Source: a virus (taxonomy: Duplodnaviria > Caudoviricetes). From it: a stretch of DNA of 64,000 bases. Under the pieces are notes generated by a model that ran no database searches, had not been told where the DNA came from, and worked only from the letters and a program-made list of their open reading frames with translations. The stretch is from the IMG/VR virus record IMGVR_UViG_3300020152_000023, positions 1,631 through 65,630 of that record, one strand, 5' to 3'. Made by a program: the position numbers and the translations under genes. This document shows, piece by piece, positions 1-7,584 of the stretch; positions within the stretch are counted from its first letter, which is position 1; every line of letters starts with the position of its first letter.

Positions 1-99
1 GCATATGCCGCCTTCAGATACGGGAAAAAGTGATTCCGCAGCGATGGCCACCCGCTGGCCATCATTGAGCAATCACGCTCACCACAAAGGATAGTCCAA

Positions 100-1047
100 A
101 TGAACGCTTTTTCTTTCAACCGTAATTTCCGCGTCGCCCGTACCGCAACGGGCATTTCCCGCGCGACGTTCAACCATGCGCGGCCAATCACCGAGGACGA
201 AATGCGGACTTACGCGCCGTCGATTTTCGCGGTGGAAAAGCACGAAAGTCGCTCCGATCGTTTCCAGCCGATCCCGACAATCGAAATTCTGCGCGGCCTT
301 ATGGCCGAGGGTTTCATGCCGGTGAGCTGCCATCAATCCCGGACTCGCGACGTGTCAAAGCGCGACTTCACAAAGCACATTGTCCGGATGCGCCGCTTTG
401 ACGATGCGCGGAACATTCAGGTCGGGGATAACGTCTTTGAAATGATCCTGAAGAACGCGAACGACGGCACAGCCGCCTATGACCTTATGGGGGGTGTTTT
501 CCGCATCCGTTGCCTTAACGGTATGGTGAGCCAAATCGGCGAGTCCGATACGATCAAGGTTCGCCACACTGGCACGGCCGACGCTATCCAAGCCAAGGTG
601 ATTGACGGCACATACCGCGTTTTGAGCAATTCCGAAATCATCATGGCCGCGCCGCAAGATTGGTCAACCGCAAGCCTATCGCGCGACGAGTCCATGATCC
701 TCGCGGAGTCAGCCGCCATGCTGCGGTTCGGTGAGCCTGAAGTGAATGAGCACGGCCAGCGCGTTGGGCTTTCCGTCGATCCTCGCCAGCTACTCGCGCC
801 GCGCCGCTCCGAAGATCGGACGAACGATCTTTGGACCACGTTCAACGTGATTCAGGAGAATGTGATCAAGGGCGGCCTGCGTGGCGTCACTGTCAACGCC
901 GATACCCTCGCCCGTCGTCGCCAGACGACACGGGAAGTCACGGGGGTTGATCAAGACACCAAACTGAATCGCGCCCTATGGGTGTTGGGCCAGCGCATGG
1001 CCGAATTGAAGGGCGTTGCGCGCGCTCCGGAACCCGTTGCGGCCTGA
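100..1047 (+). CDS. DUF932/DUF945 family protein
   Basis: Motifs APSIFA..KHESRSDRF.PIPT, FTKH..R.R, NANDG..AY.L.GG.FR..C.NG, DLWTTFNVIQEN, LNRALW; SD AAGGA upstream. Confidence 0.85.
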   Translation: MNAFSFNRNFRVARTATGISRATFNHARPITEDEMRTYAPSIFAVEKHESRSDRFQPIPTIEILRGLMAEGFMPVSCHQSRTRDVSKRDFTKHIVRMRRFDDARNIQVGDNVFEMILKNANDGTAAYDLMGGVFRIRCLNGMVSQIGESDTIKVRHTGTADAIQAKVIDGTYRVLSNSEIIMAAPQDWSTASLSRDESMILAESAAMLRFGEPEVNEHGQRVGLSVDPRQLLAPRRSEDRTNDLWTTFNVIQENVIKGGLRGVTVNADTLARRRQTTREVTGVDQDTKLNRALWVLGQRMAELKGVARAPEPVAA

Positions 1048-1058
1048 TATTGCAGGGC

Positions 1059-1097
1059 AAGGGCAGGGGGCCGCAGCAATGCGGCCTCTTTGCCTTT
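1059..1097 (+). other. Long intergenic hairpin with GCAA tetraloop (terminator or RNA processing site)
   Basis: AAGGGCAGGGGGCCGCA-GCAA-TGCGGCCTCTTTGCCTTT between the DUF932 gene and the next gene. Confidence 0.5.
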
Positions 1098-1129
1098 ATC
1101 CGGCAATATCGCCGATCAAGGAGTCGACT

Positions 1130-1615
1130 ATGGAAACCCGCGCTTACGTTGATCCGCAACGATCATATGAGCAAACGCTTGAATATATGCGCGCTGCATC
1201 GCCTATCGTTGGCCATGCTGCGCCATGGTACTTTTTCCGATCCTATGTAACGGCTGCGCTATGGTCATCAAATGATGACAACGATTTTCCGCTAGATCAA
1301 AACTACGATATCAGCGATATCGCCCCGACAACGCGCGCCGCCATGCTCATCGACTGCGCCAAGTTCTATCACGCGCACGCGCATTCGATCCATTGCAACG
1401 GCGCGCCGCAAGCGCGCGACGTGAGCGGGCTTTCCATGCGCGCATGCGAGGCCTCACAAGCCGGTCATGACTTTTGGCTAACACGTTGCGGCCATGGCGC
1501 GGGCTTTTGGGATGGCGATTGGCCAGAACCCGCAGCAACCGCGCTCACGGCTGCGAGTGAAGCGTTTGGCAACGTCGATTTGTATATTGGCGACAATGGG
1601 AGAATATACGCATGA
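1130..1615 (+). CDS. Conserved phage hypothetical protein (GHDFWLTR.GHGAGFWD motif)
   Basis: Start moved to ATG 1130 after SD AAGGAG; ATGA overlap with the next gene. Confidence 0.75.
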   Translation: METRAYVDPQRSYEQTLEYMRAASPIVGHAAPWYFFRSYVTAALWSSNDDNDFPLDQNYDISDIAPTTRAAMLIDCAKFYHAHAHSIHCNGAPQARDVSGLSMRACEASQAGHDFWLTRCGHGAGFWDGDWPEPAATALTAASEAFGNVDLYIGDNGRIYA

Positions 1616-1833
1616 CAAAAGTTCTATTTCGCAAAGACTCATGGGGTGTAACAGCTTGTTTCCCTGAAGATATGAGCTGTTATTCTCGCATAGGGCAACA
1701 CTCGACTTATTCGCGCGACTGGTATCGCCAGACTCGCCCGGCAAGTCCGGAAGAATATCGCGCGCTAAAACGCGAGTTGGAGTCTTATCCATACGAATAT
1801 CAGTTGGAAATCATCCATCGCCACCCCCGTTAA
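1612..1833 (+). CDS. Hypothetical phage protein
   Basis: Translationally coupled ORF, SD GGAG. Confidence 0.7.
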   Translation: MTKVLFRKDSWGVTACFPEDMSCYSRIGQHSTYSRDWYRQTRPASPEEYRALKRELESYPYEYQLEIIHRHPR

Positions 1834-1848
1834 TCTGGAGTCCACCTT

Positions 1849-2034
1849 ATGGATGAAATAAATCAGCACGTTCCGGGGGATTGGCGCGAGTTTTTCCGGA
1901 GAGTTAATGTTATCGCGTCGCATGCAGCCTATCGGAACCCCAAACGTTTGATAGCCGTTGTTTGGCCGTGTCTCTATGAGCCGGCCGGCTATACGTTCTG
2001 GAACTACATTGATCAAGAAACAATAGGAATGTGA
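1849..2034 (+). CDS. Hypothetical protein
   Basis: SD GGAG; fills the operon gap. Confidence 0.55.
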   Translation: MDEINQHVPGDWREFFRRVNVIASHAAYRNPKRLIAVVWPCLYEPAGYTFWNYIDQETIGM

Positions 2035-2037
2035 ATC

Positions 2038-2601
2038 ATGGAAACTTTCACCTATCGCCGCTCTACTTTCAAAATCGAAATCGTTCATGACTCGGACCAT
2101 GGCACACCATGGGAAAATGAAGATGGCCATGGGCCGGTGAGCGATTGGACAAGCCGGGCGAAATGTCCGGGCGAAATGATCCTCACCGAGGATCGTGGCC
2201 GCAAGCGTTTCTATGATTTCGCCGAGGCTTGCCGCATAGCGCGCCGCGATGGCTGGAACGCTGCGCCTTATGACGTTCCGGGCGAATCCAAGCGCCAGCG
2301 GGCCGCGCGCGCTGCGATGGCCGATTTCGAACGGTTGCGCGCATGGTGCAATGATCAATGGCACTACGTTGGAGTCGTCGTCACCCGGCTTGACCGGCAT
2401 GGCAACGAAATGCGCCATGAGCGCGCCAGCTTGTGGGGGATCGAGTCCGATTGCGAGGACTATCAGGAGGAAGTCGCGCGTGAGCTGGCCGCCGAGATCA
2501 ACGCGGAACGCGCGGCGCGCCGCAAGGCTGCATTGCGGGAAGGATCACAAGGCTTTGCCAGCGCATGGCTGGAAACCGTCCAAAAGGGAGTCCCGGCATG
2601 A
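2038..2601 (+). CDS. Conserved phage hypothetical protein
   Basis: 187 aa; motifs WCNDQWHYVGVVV and ASLWGIESD; SD AGGA. Confidence 0.75.
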   Translation: METFTYRRSTFKIEIVHDSDHGTPWENEDGHGPVSDWTSRAKCPGEMILTEDRGRKRFYDFAEACRIARRDGWNAAPYDVPGESKRQRAARAAMADFERLRAWCNDQWHYVGVVVTRLDRHGNEMRHERASLWGIESDCEDYQEEVARELAAEINAERAARRKAALREGSQGFASAWLETVQKGVPA

Positions 2602-2792
2602 TCAAGATTTATCAGGGCAAAGGCGGGGCTTATGTGACGTTCGAACGTCTCACCCCGTCGGGAATGTGGTTAGTCCAATTGCGCACGGGGGCCGGTGAGC
2701 TGGCCGATAAAGTCCGATGCGACGATTACCGCGACGCAATCGCCTATCGGAAATCGTTTTTGCGCATCGCACGCAAGGGAGTTGCCGCATGA
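2598..2792 (+). CDS. Hypothetical protein
   Basis: ATGA-coupled start (MIKIYQG), SD GGGAG. Confidence 0.65.
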   Translation: MIKIYQGKGGAYVTFERLTPSGMWLVQLRTGAGELADKVRCDDYRDAIAYRKSFLRIARKGVAA

Positions 2793-3262
2793 TGACGCGC
2801 GCCGACTATATGAAGGAAACCGGCAAGGCCGCGTTTCATCGCTACTATGGCGAAATCGTTCTGGCCATTGGGCTTGAGAATATCCCGCAACCGTTTGCAC
2901 TCGACAAAGTACGGGCCGCGCTGGCACGCGGCGACGACGCCTTAAATTCTCTCCCGCTGGCCGCATGGGACTCGCATGTGAGCCTTATTCGTGGCGCGTC
3001 CAAGGTGCTGAAGGATCGCGGCGACTTCCTGTCACTTGGTACGGGGGTTTGCATCCTTAAAGAGGCCGCGCGCATTCGTGCGGAAAGCGTTGCCGCGCTG
3101 CAACCCGGTGAGCGGCTTTGGAACGGCGCAACCGTGACTCCGGAGCTGGCCAGCGCATACAACGCCTTGCAATCCCGTATCGAAAGTTTCCGCAAAGCCG
3201 GCCGGCCGGTCCCGGTGGAGCTTTTGAACGGCGCACACAATCTAATTGCCAGCGCGAAATGA
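2789..3262 (+). CDS. Hypothetical protein
   Basis: ATGA-coupled start (MMTRADY), SD GGGAG. Confidence 0.65.
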   Translation: MMTRADYMKETGKAAFHRYYGEIVLAIGLENIPQPFALDKVRAALARGDDALNSLPLAAWDSHVSLIRGASKVLKDRGDFLSLGTGVCILKEAARIRAESVAALQPGERLWNGATVTPELASAYNALQSRIESFRKAGRPVPVELLNGAHNLIASAK

Positions 3263-3477
3263 CTCCAGAACAAGAGCGCGCGTTACGCTCAAATATAGCG
3301 CAGTATAGGGCATGCCAAACCTTTCAAGTGCTGGCCATTGTAGCAGGTCTAGTGGGCTCAATATGGAAGGGTTTGCCGGCATTGCTTGCGGGATTGGCCA
3401 TCGCATGGTTCTTTCACTTGGCCAAACCCTCACCAACTGAAGAGCTAGACAAGCTAACAGGACGAAACCCCCGCTAG
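3259..3477 (+). CDS. Small membrane protein (two hydrophobic segments)
   Basis: ATGA-coupled start MTPEQ; hydrophobic FQVLAIVAGLVGSIW and LPALLAGLAIAWFF. Confidence 0.6.
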   Translation: MTPEQERALRSNIAQYRACQTFQVLAIVAGLVGSIWKGLPALLAGLAIAWFFHLAKPSPTEELDKLTGRNPR

Positions 3478-3492
3478 TCGGGGGTTTTTCTT
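3465..3492 (+). terminator. Rho-independent terminator
   Basis: AAACCCCCG-CTAGT-CGGGGGTTT followed by TTCTT. Confidence 0.85.
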
Positions 3493-3730
3493 TGCCTATA
3501 CCGCTATATCAGGGAAATCGAATATTCCCATAAATGGCCGCTGGCGCGCGTTTGCATGCCGGGATGAATTCCACCCTATCCCATGCCCTCGCCGCGCGCT
3601 GGCGGCCCGCTGGCGGCCCGCAGCATGGCCAATCCGTTTTTCTGTATAGCTGGCCACCCGCGCCGCTCACCGGGCCGGCCGAGCTTTAATCATTTGATTA
3701 AAATTGTAACTCCGGAGCGCCGCGCGCGGC

Positions 3731-3825
3731 GTTAACCTTAATTCGTAACCCTAACAAAGGGTTAACGTTAACCCGGCATTAACCTTAATCGTTAACCCTA
3801 ACGGCGCGAAATTTTCGGACTTAAC
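3731..3825. promoter_or_regulatory. TTAA(C)-rich array containing a full CtrA-type box
   Basis: TTAA-CCCGGCA-TTAAC at 3768-3783 fits TTAA-N7-TTAAC. Perfect palindrome GGGTTAACGTTAACCC at 3759-3774. Near-identical 24-nt direct repeats at 3732-3755 and 3779-3802. Confidence 0.65.
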
Positions 3826-3906
3826 CCCGCGCGCCAATCGGCCGCGCCGATGGAACCAAACCGAACGCCGAGATTTTGAGGTAGTTGACCGGGGAACACC
3901 ACGAGC

Positions 3907-3973
3907 CTACTTTGGAAACCTCGCCGGTTCCCTCGCGGACGGCGGCGCTACTTTGGAAACCTCGCCGGTTCCC
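3907..3973. repeat. 26-bp exact direct repeat, two copies
   Basis: CTACTTTGGAAACCTCGCCGGTTCCC at 3907-3932 and 3948-3973; related TTTTGGAAATGCCGGTTCC at about 4807-4825. Confidence 0.9.
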
Positions 3974-4160
3974 CCGGCCACGAATTTTCACGGCGCGCGA
4001 GCCGTGAGCGTGCAAGGCCCCAGCGTAGCGTTTCGAGTTGAGAATTGGAGCCATGCAATCGGACGAACTAGAAAGGACCGATGCAATGCCCTATCAAGAG
4101 GAAATGCAGCCGACGATTCCCGTGGCTGATCACAGCCCCAGCCACACTCCGGAGTCGAAT

Positions 4161-4655
4161 ATGCGCTCATTCCTCGGAACGATCCTTGCCCCCGGCATCG
4201 CTCTTCTCGGCGTTGCCCTCGTGGCGTTCGCACCGAGCCCGACTGAGATCGCATATGCCCTCAAGCCCATCGGGGTTGAAACCCAACTCGTGAATGGAGG
4301 GAGTGACAATGAACGTCAGTCTATCCAAACTCTTGCCGAGCGCATTGAGCTTGCCCTTGGTCCCGAGCTTGGACAAAACACCGATTGCTTTGACGATCTG
4401 CGCACCGCAGACGCCGAGAAGCTCGATAAGTGCGGCAAGCTTGTCTACCAAGCCCTCGCCGAGGTGAGTGACAATCCATCGGTTTTTCAAACCGACGTGG
4501 CGCAGGCAACGTCCCGTGAGTCGTTGATGCAGGAGCTGAAGCTCGCAGCTACCGAAGTGTGCCGTGAACGTTGGTCCCGAGAAGATGGTATCCCGGATGA
4601 CAGCCCGGCTTGCGAAGTGGCGATGCTACAGCCTATTGCGCGCGACGGGAATTGA
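4161..4655 (+). CDS. Putative exported or membrane-anchored protein with four Cys (start may be 4053)
   Basis: SD GGAG 6 nt before ATG 4161; N-terminal hydrophobic segment LGTILAPGIALLGVALVAFA. Confidence 0.6.
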   Translation: MRSFLGTILAPGIALLGVALVAFAPSPTEIAYALKPIGVETQLVNGGSDNERQSIQTLAERIELALGPELGQNTDCFDDLRTADAEKLDKCGKLVYQALAEVSDNPSVFQTDVAQATSRESLMQELKLAATEVCRERWSREDGIPDDSPACEVAMLQPIARDGN

Positions 4656-4883
4656 TGACATACATCTAGCGTCAGGAAGGGTAGGCCCTCGCAGCGCCTG
4701 CACTTTTTAAAGGGCGGTTCCAAAACGAAATTTTCGGATTGGAATCGCCCTTTTTCGTGAAATCGAAAAATCCAAAATCGATTTGACTTTTCCCGAGAAT
4801 TCGAGATTTTGGAAATGCCGGTTCCTTTCCGGTACGCCCCCGAGGCCGATCCGTCTCCAGCGGCAAAACCTCGGGGGCTGCAT

Positions 4884-4960
4884 TTAGGGGTAGGCAAGTC
4901 CGGTAAGCCGCCAGTTTTTGGTACTGGTTACCGCTGGTTCGAATCCAGCCCCCTAAACCA
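4884..4960 (+). tRNA. tRNA-Gln (anticodon TTG)
   Basis: Acceptor TTAGGGG/CCCCTAA, D arm GGCAAGTCCGGTAAGCC, anticodon stem CCAGT/ACTGG with loop TT-TTG-GT, T arm GCTGG-TTCGAAT-CCAGC, encoded ACCA end. Confidence 0.93.
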
Positions 4961-4975
4961 TCTGGAGAGCTTTCT

Positions 4976-5188
4976 ATGACCATCGTGGAATATCACGTCA
5001 CCCCGGATCACCGATACTTCATGCGCCGCAGCAAGGCCGAGATCGTCTCGAAGATCGAGCAGATGAGCGGATCAAGAGTTGAGGGAGAGCTGTACGCCGA
5101 AATGATGGCCATGTCGAAACCGCAACTGGCCGAACGGGCCATGCGAATCTGGAGGATGCTTCCCCGTGACCCCGAAAACCCTCAATGA
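4976..5188 (+). CDS. Hypothetical protein
   Basis: SD GGAG upstream. Confidence 0.6.
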   Translation: MTIVEYHVTPDHRYFMRRSKAEIVSKIEQMSGSRVEGELYAEMMAMSKPQLAERAMRIWRMLPRDPENPQ

Positions 5189-5450
5189 CGTGAAGACGGT
5201 AGACCAGCTCGGTGAGTTCGTTGGGCTCAAGCCGGGAGAAGGCAACGCGATCCTCGCCGAAGTGCGCGAGAACCACGCTAAATTGGCGGCGTGTACTCGC
5301 CACGAATTCTTCCGGCCCTCGGATGGCGTCCACCTCAACAAGCGGTTCAAATGCCTGCATTGTGACGGCGAAGTGCGCGGCGAGCAAATCCACTGGTATG
5401 CCGAGGGCGTCAAACACGGCGGCGAGCTATTTGACGTTTGGACCGATTGA
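5166..5450 (+). CDS. Hypothetical protein, possible Zn ribbon (CTRH...CLHC)
   Basis: SD GGAGG, GTG start, Cys/His pairs. Confidence 0.6.
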   Translation: MTPKTLNDVKTVDQLGEFVGLKPGEGNAILAEVRENHAKLAACTRHEFFRPSDGVHLNKRFKCLHCDGEVRGEQIHWYAEGVKHGGELFDVWTD

Positions 5451-5498
5451 GCGTATAACACGGGCTCTTCATGGCTTGAGATTGATTGTTCCCTCCCG

Positions 5499-5532
5499 AA
5501 ACCCCGGCTCACAACGGCCGGGGTTTTTCTTT
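5499..5532 (+). terminator. Rho-independent terminator
   Basis: AAACCCCGGC-TCACAACG-GCCGGGGTTT followed by TTCTTT. Confidence 0.85.
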
Positions 5533-5541
5533 ATATTCCCT

Positions 5542-5570
5542 ATTGTGCCAACAAAAAGTTGGTGATATAT
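5542..5570 (+). promoter_or_regulatory. Sigma70-type promoter with embedded CCAAC-N5-GTTGG operator
   Basis: ATTGTG-N17-ATATAT; CCAACAAAAAGTTGG at 5548-5562. Confidence 0.65.
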
Positions 5571-5576
5571 GCTGGA

Positions 5577-5940
5577 TCACCGCCAAGCGCTTACGGGCCG
5601 GGGCGGTAGTGGCAACGAACTCAAAGAAACGGGCGCTTGCGCCCGAAGGGTGAAACTCCCCGACACCACGAGCAGACGGAAGACGGACTATCCCGTGGCG
5701 CGGCACCGGGCTCCCGTGGAGGGAGTTACGACCGCAATGCCGCCGGCAACCGTTATGAGGGCCGCCAACGGGTGGCGGTCCTCGCTTCCGCAAGAGTTTG
5801 AAATGAGGAAACGCCGGTTCGAATCCGGCTCGGTGAGCGAACCGATCGTCTAGCTGGTTAGGACGCCTCGACAGGGAGATGGTGAGGTATGAACTCACCC
5901 GGCGTCGCAATCCGCCGTCGTCTAAATTTAGGATACCCTT
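5577..5940 (+). ncRNA. Candidate structured ncRNA ending in two circularly permuted tRNA-like (YrlA-like) modules
   Basis: Lies after a terminator and a promoter; multiple hairpins. Module 1 (5804-5870): T arm GCCGG-TTCGAAT-CCGGC, loop-closed acceptor TCGGT/ACCGA, D arm GTCT-AGCTGGTTA-GGAC. Module 2 (5873-5939) has the same order but is degenerate. RNA ends are estimates. Confidence 0.65.
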
Positions 5941-5964
5941 TTATCGCTCAACTGGAGAAGAGCA

Positions 5965-6213
5965 ATGAAATCACCGATGGTCACACATGCGAGCTGGTTG
6001 CCTGAGAAGGAAGGCTATTCCGATCTTCAGGTGCTCAAATCTGGCGCGGGCTGGTATGTCGGCACGATCTACACCGGGCCGGATGGCTTCCTAGAGCCGG
6101 GCAGTCGGGACACCGACTATTTCGCCACCGAGGCCGAGGCCGCCGAGTATCTCAAACAGCTCGAAGCCATGGGCGAGGACATGGCGGCCGTCGTTTGCCG
6201 GATGACGCCATGA
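5965..6213 (+). CDS. Conserved phage hypothetical protein (LQVLKS.AGWY.GT...EP.SR..DYF)
   Basis: SD GGAG; recurring small phage protein pattern. Confidence 0.7.
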   Translation: MKSPMVTHASWLPEKEGYSDLQVLKSGAGWYVGTIYTGPDGFLEPGSRDTDYFATEAEAAEYLKQLEAMGEDMAAVVCRMTP

Positions 6214-6440
6214 CCGACAAAGCAATCACCCGCCAGCTCTTCACAAATCAGATGGCAATTATGGACGCCCTTGCGAGCCTCGGCGCGCCGGTCGAAGGCT
6301 GCGGACTTCAGGCCTGTGCCGAGGCCACGGCCGAGCTTATGAAAAGCTCTGCACTCTGTGAGCACGATTGGGATTTCGGCTACAGCATGAACGGCCCCAC
6401 GCGAACGTGCAAGCTCTGCGGCACATGGGGGCGTGATTGA
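6210..6440 (+). CDS. Hypothetical protein with C-terminal Zn-ribbon-like CEH...CKLC
   Basis: ATGA-coupled. Confidence 0.6.
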   Translation: MTDKAITRQLFTNQMAIMDALASLGAPVEGCGLQACAEATAELMKSSALCEHDWDFGYSMNGPTRTCKLCGTWGRD

Positions 6441-6646
6441 TGGCCCCCGGTGACAAGTGCATCTGTCAGCGCGACGATTGGGTGAACGCCTTCGGCGAGG
6501 GCACCACGATCTGCCCTATCGGCGCGCGGCTCACCGTGCGAGATCGGCGGCTCATCGGGAGCCTGCGGTTCCTCTCGTTCGCCGAGCTGCCCGAGGATCA
6601 TTTCTTTCTAATCGACGGCTTCAAGCCACTCCGGGAGTTGAACTAA
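6437..6646 (+). CDS. Hypothetical protein
   Basis: Coupled ORF. Confidence 0.6.
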   Translation: MMAPGDKCICQRDDWVNAFGEGTTICPIGARLTVRDRRLIGSLRFLSFAELPEDHFFLIDGFKPLRELN

Positions 6647-6846
6647 TGCTCACACCGACTGAGAAACAAGCACTGACCGTTTCGCTCATGGGAAACGCCG
6701 TAATCCTCAACGCGATCAGATACCTCGTCATCAGGGTCACACCGCGCATGGAAGGCCCGACGCGAAAGGAATTCGTACAATCGATTGGGAAGGCCGAGCT
6801 AGAAGCCCGAGAGATGGTCGAAAAACTCGTTAAAGAATCCCGGTGA
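6646..6846 (+). CDS. Hypothetical protein
   Basis: TAATG coupling (MLTPTEK), SD GGGAG. Confidence 0.55.
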   Translation: MLTPTEKQALTVSLMGNAVILNAIRYLVIRVTPRMEGPTRKEFVQSIGKAELEAREMVEKLVKESR

Positions 6847-6923
6847 AACGCGACCGGGAATAGCCGGCGCGGTCTGCACACCCCTGCCCGCATAGATCGC
6901 GCCGGCACCTTACGGAGATTCGC

Positions 6924-7523
6924 ATGAAATACGAACCGGAGGAACAAGCCGAAATTGCCGAGCTGGTGACCGAGCGCGATATGCTTACGGCTAAGATAAA
7001 AGACGCCAATAGTCGTATGTTGCAGTTCGATGAAAATACCGCCGAATTTCGCTTTGCCCGAGCCCAAGTAGGAATTCACACCCCGAAACTCCGGGGTATC
7101 AAACACCGGCTCGCGTTCGTACGATATCAACCGATTGCCCGACACCAAGAGGCTAAACGCAAAAGGGAAATCGAAGCCAAAAAGCTCGCCAACAAAGCCG
7201 CACGAGAGGCCGAATGGGCGCGCCGAGGTTTGCCGCCGCGCACGCTCGAAGAAGAACGCGAACACCGCCAACGCGAAGTCTATCAGATGAGGGAAGGCGG
7301 GATGACGTTTATAGAGATCGCCGAACGTTTCGCGATCAGCCCGCCGGCCGCCAGAAATATCTACGTGAAAGCGTCGAAGATCGTGGAGCGCAACGAACAC
7401 CAAATCTCCAAAGGCCGGCCGGGCTCTGCGACGTATAGATTTCTAACAGGTCAAGACGCGGAGTCCAATGAAGCCCTACGGCGGTTTTTCGCATCCGGAA
7501 TTCAATTTGTGAGGATCGCATGA
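6924..7523 (+). CDS. Coiled-coil protein with sigma70 region-4/LuxR-like HTH
   Basis: QREVYQMREGGMTFIEIAERFAISPPAARNIYVKA resembles a sigma region-4 HTH; SD GGAG. Confidence 0.65.
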   Translation: MKYEPEEQAEIAELVTERDMLTAKIKDANSRMLQFDENTAEFRFARAQVGIHTPKLRGIKHRLAFVRYQPIARHQEAKRKREIEAKKLANKAAREAEWARRGLPPRTLEEEREHRQREVYQMREGGMTFIEIAERFAISPPAARNIYVKASKIVERNEHQISKGRPGSATYRFLTGQDAESNEALRRFFASGIQFVRIA

Positions 7524-7584
7524 CGTTCACTCTTGTAGGCTGGTATCACGTCTACCTCAAGCCGCTCTAGGAGAGTACACGGCA

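Noticed and set aside
3907-3973. 26-bp repeat as a mini CRISPR array
   Set aside because: Only two exact copies with a 15-nt spacer, and no cas operon. The DUF2800 Cas4-like gene is a standard replication-module exonuclease.
5640-5700. FMN riboswitch (AGGGTGAAACTCCC resembles its T-loop)
   Set aside because: The other conserved FMN segments and the second T-loop arm are missing, and no flavin gene lies downstream.
5569-5853. 94-aa ORF over the structured region
   Set aside because: Starts inside the -10 box, has no SD and an Arg/Pro-rich non-protein-like composition; an RNA structure explains the region better.
5804-5939. Permuted two-piece tmRNA or a conventional tRNA gene
   Set aside because: No CCA end, no Ala-type G3:U70 acceptor, no tag reading frame and no 7-nt anticodon loop. 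Read in standard order across the two modules, the acceptor strands do not pair.
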